From the NCBI GenBank assembly GCA_037446135.1, contig JBBIJD010000060.1, positions 1-10,084 of the forward strand: a stretch of DNA of 10,084 nt, read 5' to 3'. Below, piece after piece: positions 6,330-10,084 of this stretch. Within the stretch, counting starts at the first letter, position 1; each line of letters begins with the position of its first letter. Both the position numbers and the translations under genes were made by a program. The notes under the pieces were generated by a model, which saw only the letters and a program-made list of their open reading frames with translations, had not been told where the DNA came from and made no database searches. The DNA is from Candidatus Fraserbacteria bacterium. GTDB taxonomy: Bacteria > Bipolaricaulota > Bipolaricaulia > RBG-16-55-9 > JANLFV01.

Positions 6330-6353
6330 TCTCCGGCCCGGCCGGGTTGGAGA
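6330..6353. other. GC-rich inverted repeat / hairpin between the pseudogene and hyuA
   Basis: TCTCCGGCCC-GGCC-GGGTTGGAGA forms a 10-bp stem with two G:U pairs. There is no clear U-tract. Confidence 0.35.
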
Positions 6354-6377
6354 TCTATGGCTATCGGCGGCACAGGC

Positions 6378-6400
6378 TATTATGATTGGACCCTTATGAT
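6378..6400 (+). promoter_or_regulatory. Candidate -10 region for hyuAB
   Basis: AT-rich patch in GC-rich DNA containing TATTAT (6378-6383) and TATGAT (6381-6386 and 6395-6400). No well-spaced -35 box was found. Confidence 0.3.
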
Positions 6401-6421
6401 GATGGAAGAAAGTGAAGGGCC

Positions 6422-8482
6422 ATGCTCATCGGGATTGACATCGGCGGGACCTTTACCGATATCCTCCTCGCCAGAGAGGAGGCCATAGAGTTCTTAAAGG
6501 TCCCCTCAACCCCCGGTAGGCTAGAGGAGGGGGTCATTCGCGGCCTCCGGCTCCTCCGGGAGAGGCCGGGCTTGCGCCTCGAAGAGGTGGAGCGGCTCGT
6601 CCACGGCTCGACCGTGGCCACGAATGCCCTCCTGGAGGGGAAGTGGGCCTCCACGGCCCTCATCACCACCGCCGGCTTCCGGGATGTCCTGGAGATCGGG
6701 CGGCAGAACCGGCCCGCTATCTACGACCTCTTTGTCGAGCGGCCGGAGCCGATCGTCCCCCGAGACCTGCGGTTCGAGGTCCCCGAGCGGCTCGACTACC
6801 TGGGGAGGGTCGTCAGGCCCTTAGATGAGGAGGCTGTAGAAAGGATAGCCGCGGAACTGATGAGGCGGGGGGTAAGCTCGGTGGCCGTCTCCCTCCTCTT
6901 CTCCTATGCCAATCCCGAGCATGAGAGGAGGATCGCCGAGCTCTTGCGGGAGAGGCTGGACGGGGTCCCGATCACTCTCTCCTCGGAGGTCCTCCCCGAG
7001 TTCCGGGAGTATGAGCGGACCATGACGACGGTGATCAACGCTGCCCTGAGGCCAGTCATCGGCGGCTATCTCGAAAGGCTGGAGGAGGGGGCGAGTAGGC
7101 TGGGGCTCAGGAGGGGCTGGCAGATCATGCAGTCGAATGCCGGGATCACCAGCAGTCGCGGAGCTGAGGCCCAGCCGGTCAAGATCGTCCTCTCCGGCCC
7201 CGCGGCCGGGGTGATGGGGGCCAAGGCCGTCGGGGAGCAGGCCGGCTTCCTGAACTTGATCACCCTGGATATGGGGGGGACGAGCTGTGATGTCTCCCTC
7301 ATCAAGGACGGAAGGGTCATGATCACCACCGAGGGTGAGATCGGAGGCTACCCGCTCAAGGTCCCGATGGTCGATATCCACACAATCGGCGCCGGAGGGG
7401 GCTCGATCGCCTGGATCGATAAGGGCGGAGCGTTGCGGGTCGGGCCCCAGAGCGCGGGGGCCGAGCCCGGGCCAGTCTGCTACGGCCGGGGCGGGACCGA
7501 GCCGACCGTGACCGACGCCCACCTGGTTTTGGGGCGGCTAGATCCGGGAAGCCCGCTCGGGGGCCTGGAGGGGCTCGATCTTGAGGGGGCCAAGCGGGCC
7601 ATCTCCGAGAGGATCGCTAAGCCCCTGGGATTGAGCCTCGAGGAGGCGGCCCAGGGGATCTTAGCGGTGGCCGAGGCGAACATGGAGCGAGCGATCCGGG
7701 TGATCTCGGTCGAGCGGGGGCATGATCCCCGGGAGTTCGTCCTCCTCTCCTTCGGCGGGGCCGGGCCGCTCCACGGGGCCGGGCTGGCCGCGGCTTTGGG
7801 GATCCCTAAGGTCCTGATCCCCGGGGTGGCGGGGGTCCTCTCCGCCCTCGGCCTTTTGGAGACGGACCTGGCCCATGATTATGTCCAGTCGATCGTCCGG
7901 GAGACAGGGAAGCTGGACCCGGAAGAGCTCAATGCCATCTATGAGGCCCTCAAGGAGAAAGGGAGGAGGGAGCTTTTGGGAGAGGGGGTGGCTGAGGAGC
8001 TGATCCGGTATCAGCCTTCGGTAGACCTGCGCTACCTCGGGCAGTCCTACGAGCTCAACCTGGCCCTCCCCGAGCCCGATCATCGTCTGACCCGGGAGGG
8101 GCTTGAGCGGCTGGTCGAGAGGTTTCATGAGCGGCACCAGCAGGTCTACGGCCATGCCGCCCCCGGGGAACCGGTGGAACTGGTGAACCTCCGAGTGCGG
8201 GCCATCGGCCTGATGGGGAAGGTCCCGCTCCGGCCCGACGATCGCAAGCCGCCTTGGGAGGAGGCCGAGCGGGCTCCCAGGGAGGTCCACTTCCCCAGGG
8301 TCGGGTGGCTCAAGACCCGGGTCTTCAGGAAGGAGGCCTTGCCGGCGGGGCTTGTGCTTTCCGGCCCAGCGGTCATCGAGGGGGAGGAGTCGACGGCCCT
8401 TCTCCCTCCCGGGACGCGGGCCTCCGTCGACGCTTTCGGGAATTTGATCATCGATCTCTCAGGAGAGGAGGGCCGATCCTAA
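6422..8482 (+). CDS. hyuA: Hydantoinase A / 5-oxoprolinase / N-methylhydantoinase A family, ATP-binding subunit
   Basis: Motifs GIDIGGTFTD, KVPSTP, HGSTVATNALLE, EFREYER, LSGPAAG, DMGGTS, IGAGGGSIA, GPQSAGAEPGP, FGGAGPLH and DLRYLGQSYEL. The symbol is a family-level label and the substrate is unknown. Confidence 0.96.
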   Translation: MLIGIDIGGTFTDILLAREEAIEFLKVPSTPGRLEEGVIRGLRLLRERPGLRLEEVERLVHGSTVATNALLEGKWASTALITTAGFRDVLEIGRQNRPAIYDLFVERPEPIVPRDLRFEVPERLDYLGRVVRPLDEEAVERIAAELMRRGVSSVAVSLLFSYANPEHERRIAELLRERLDGVPITLSSEVLPEFREYERTMTTVINAALRPVIGGYLERLEEGASRLGLRRGWQIMQSNAGITSSRGAEAQPVKIVLSGPAAGVMGAKAVGEQAGFLNLITLDMGGTSCDVSLIKDGRVMITTEGEIGGYPLKVPMVDIHTIGAGGGSIAWIDKGGALRVGPQSAGAEPGPVCYGRGGTEPTVTDAHLVLGRLDPGSPLGGLEGLDLEGAKRAISERIAKPLGLSLEEAAQGILAVAEANMERAIRVISVERGHDPREFVLLSFGGAGPLHGAGLAAALGIPKVLIPGVAGVLSALGLLETDLAHDYVQSIVRETGKLDPEELNAIYEALKEKGRRELLGEGVAEELIRYQPSVDLRYLGQSYELNLALPEPDHRLTREGLERLVERFHERHQQVYGHAAPGEPVELVNLRVRAIGLMGKVPLRPDDRKPPWEEAERAPREVHFPRVGWLKTRVFRKEALPAGLVLSGPAVIEGEESTALLPPGTRASVDAFGNLIIDLSGEEGRS

Positions 8483-10084
8483 TGACCAAGCTCGATCCCG
8501 TGACAAGAGAGGTGCTGAGGAACGCCCTGGTCGAGGTGGCCGAGGAGATGAACGCCAACCTGATCAGGAGCGGCTACAGCCCGAACATCAAGGAGCGACG
8601 GGACTGCTCCTCGGCCCTGTTCGATCCTCAGGGGAGGATGGTCGCTCAGGCCGAGTCGATCCCCGTCCACCTCGGGGCGATGCCCTTCTCCGTCAAGGCG
8701 GCCTTGGAGCACTTCCGGGAATTCCAACCTGGAGATACGATCGTCCTGAACGACCCCTTCGCCGGCGGGGTCCACCTCCCCGACATCACCTTCGTCACCC
8801 CGATCTTCTATCAGGAAGAGCTTGTCGCTTTCGCGGCCAATCGGGCCCACCACGCCGATGTCGGGGGAAAGACCCCAGGGAGCGTGGCCGGGGACGCGAC
8901 CGAGATCTATCAGGAGGGCCTGCGGATCCCGCCGGTCAAGCTCTGGCAGGCCGGGGAGCTGGATGAAGGCCTCCTGGAGATGATCCTAGCCAATGTCCGG
9001 ACCCCTGAGGAGCGGCTGGGGGACCTCCGAGCCCAAAAGGCGGCCAATGAGACTGGCAGGCGGAGGTTCCTGGAGTTGATCGAAAGATACGGCCCGGAGC
9101 CGATCGCCTCGGCCATCGAGGAGATCCTCGACTACTCCGAGCGGCGGATGCGAGCCGAGATCACGGCCCTCCCGGAGGGGACCTACGAGTATGAGGACTA
9201 CCTGGATGATGACGGGATCAATGCCGATAGGATCAGGCTCAGGGTGACGGTCAGGGTCCGGGGAGATGAGCTCGAGGTGGACTTCACCGGGAGTGCGCCC
9301 CAGGTCGAGGGCCCGGTGAACGCTGTCTATGCCGTCACTGCCTCCGCGGTCTACTACACTGTCCGGGCCCTCACCGATCCGGACATCCCTCCGAACGAGG
9401 GCTGCTACCGCCCGATCAGGATCATCGCCCCTGAAGGGACGGTGGTCAATGCCCGCCCTCCGGCGGCCGTCGTGGGCGGGAATCTGGAGACATCTCAGCG
9501 GATCGTCGATGTCCTGATCGGGGCCTTAGCCCAGGCGGTCCCGGAGAAGGCGATCGGGGCCTGCCAGGGGACGATGAACAACCTCACCCTGGGGGGGATC
9601 GATCCCCGCTCCGGCTCCGGGAAGCCCTACACCCTCTATGAGACGATCGGCGGGGGGTTCGGGGCCCGTCCGACCAAGGACGGGCTCGATGGGATCCACT
9701 CCCACATGACCAACACTTTGAACACGCCGGTCGAGGCCCTCGAGATCGCCTACCCCTTGAGAGTCGAGCGGTATGAGCTCCGGCCGGATAGCTGCGGCGC
9801 GGGCCGCTGGCGGGGCGGGCTCGGGATCCGCCGGGACATCCGCGTGGTCGGCCACCGGGCCCGGGTCTCCCTCCTGGGCGAGCGGCGGATCACCCGGCCT
9901 TATGGGCTCCTGGGAGGAGAGGCCGGGGAGACCGGCGCCGACTTCATCATCATCGATAGCGATGGCCGGGAACAGGAACAGAGGGTGAAGGGGAAGGGCT
10001 CGATCACCCTCGAGCCCGGCTGGATCATCAGCGTCCGGACACCCGGGGGAGGGGGCTATGGGAGCCCCTCATCGAGGCCGAAGG
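8482..10084 (+). CDS. hyuB: Hydantoinase B / 5-oxoprolinase family subunit (3' end runs off the window; not in the ORF track)
   Basis: ATG8482 overlaps the hyuA stop (TAATG). Manual translation gives MTKLDPVTREVLRNALVEVAEEM...YSPNIKERRDCS...IPVHLG...NDPFAGGVHLPD...RAHHADVGG...EIYQEGLRIPP...YETIGGG...HSHMTNTLNTPVEALE...RTPGGGGYG. No stop occurs before the window end. Confidence 0.96.
   Translation, partial: MTKLDPVTREVLRNALVEVAEEMNANLIRSGYSPNIKERRDCSSALFDPQGRMVAQAESIPVHLGAMPFSVKAALEHFREFQPGDTIVLNDPFAGGVHLPDITFVTPIFYQEELVAFAANRAHHADVGGKTPGSVAGDATEIYQEGLRIPPVKLWQAGELDEGLLEMILANVRTPEERLGDLRAQKAANETGRRRFLELIERYGPEPIASAIEEILDYSERRMRAEITALPEGTYEYEDYLDDDGINADRIRLRVTVRVRGDELEVDFTGSAPQVEGPVNAVYAVTASAVYYTVRALTDPDIPPNEGCYRPIRIIAPEGTVVNARPPAAVVGGNLETSQRIVDVLIGALAQAVPEKAIGACQGTMNNLTLGGIDPRSGSGKPYTLYETIGGGFGARPTKDGLDGIHSHMTNTLNTPVEALEIAYPLRVERYELRPDSCGAGRWRGGLGIRRDIRVVGHRARVSLLGERRITRPYGLLGGEAGETGADFIIIDSDGREQEQRVKGKGSITLEPGWIISVRTPGGGGYGSPSSRPK

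Noticed and set aside
1..10084. cas genes, integron integrase, transposases, tRNA/rRNA
   Set aside because: No motifs or structures for any of these were recognised in the window, so the CRISPR subtype and any integron activity cannot be established here.

Overview
GC-rich bacterial window with every credible gene on the + strand. It opens with the right-hand (probably trailer) end of a CRISPR array: a partial repeat at 1-8, a 36-nt spacer, and a 30-nt repeat GTTGCTAGACTACCTATGAGGGATTGAAAC at 45-74. Directly after this is what looks like the right arm of an integron attC site (GCTGAAC-N6-GTTGGGC). Next is a ~664-aa exported/lipoprotein gene with codon usage unlike the other genes, then a lone degenerate CRISPR-repeat-like motif. 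The rest looks like host chromosome: an orphan NarL/LuxR response regulator (probably leaderless), a TatT-like TPR protein, a twin-arginine-signal protein of unknown function, a tandem ACT protein, a Mut7-C ubiquitin/RNase pseudogene (two apparent in-frame deletions plus a frameshift), and a translationally coupled hydantoinase/5-oxoprolinase A+B pair. The B gene runs off the window and is absent from the ORF track. No cas or integrase gene is visible. The most unusual feature is the CRISPR/half-attC/cassette-like gene junction. All family assignments come from recognising motifs by eye, not from database searches.
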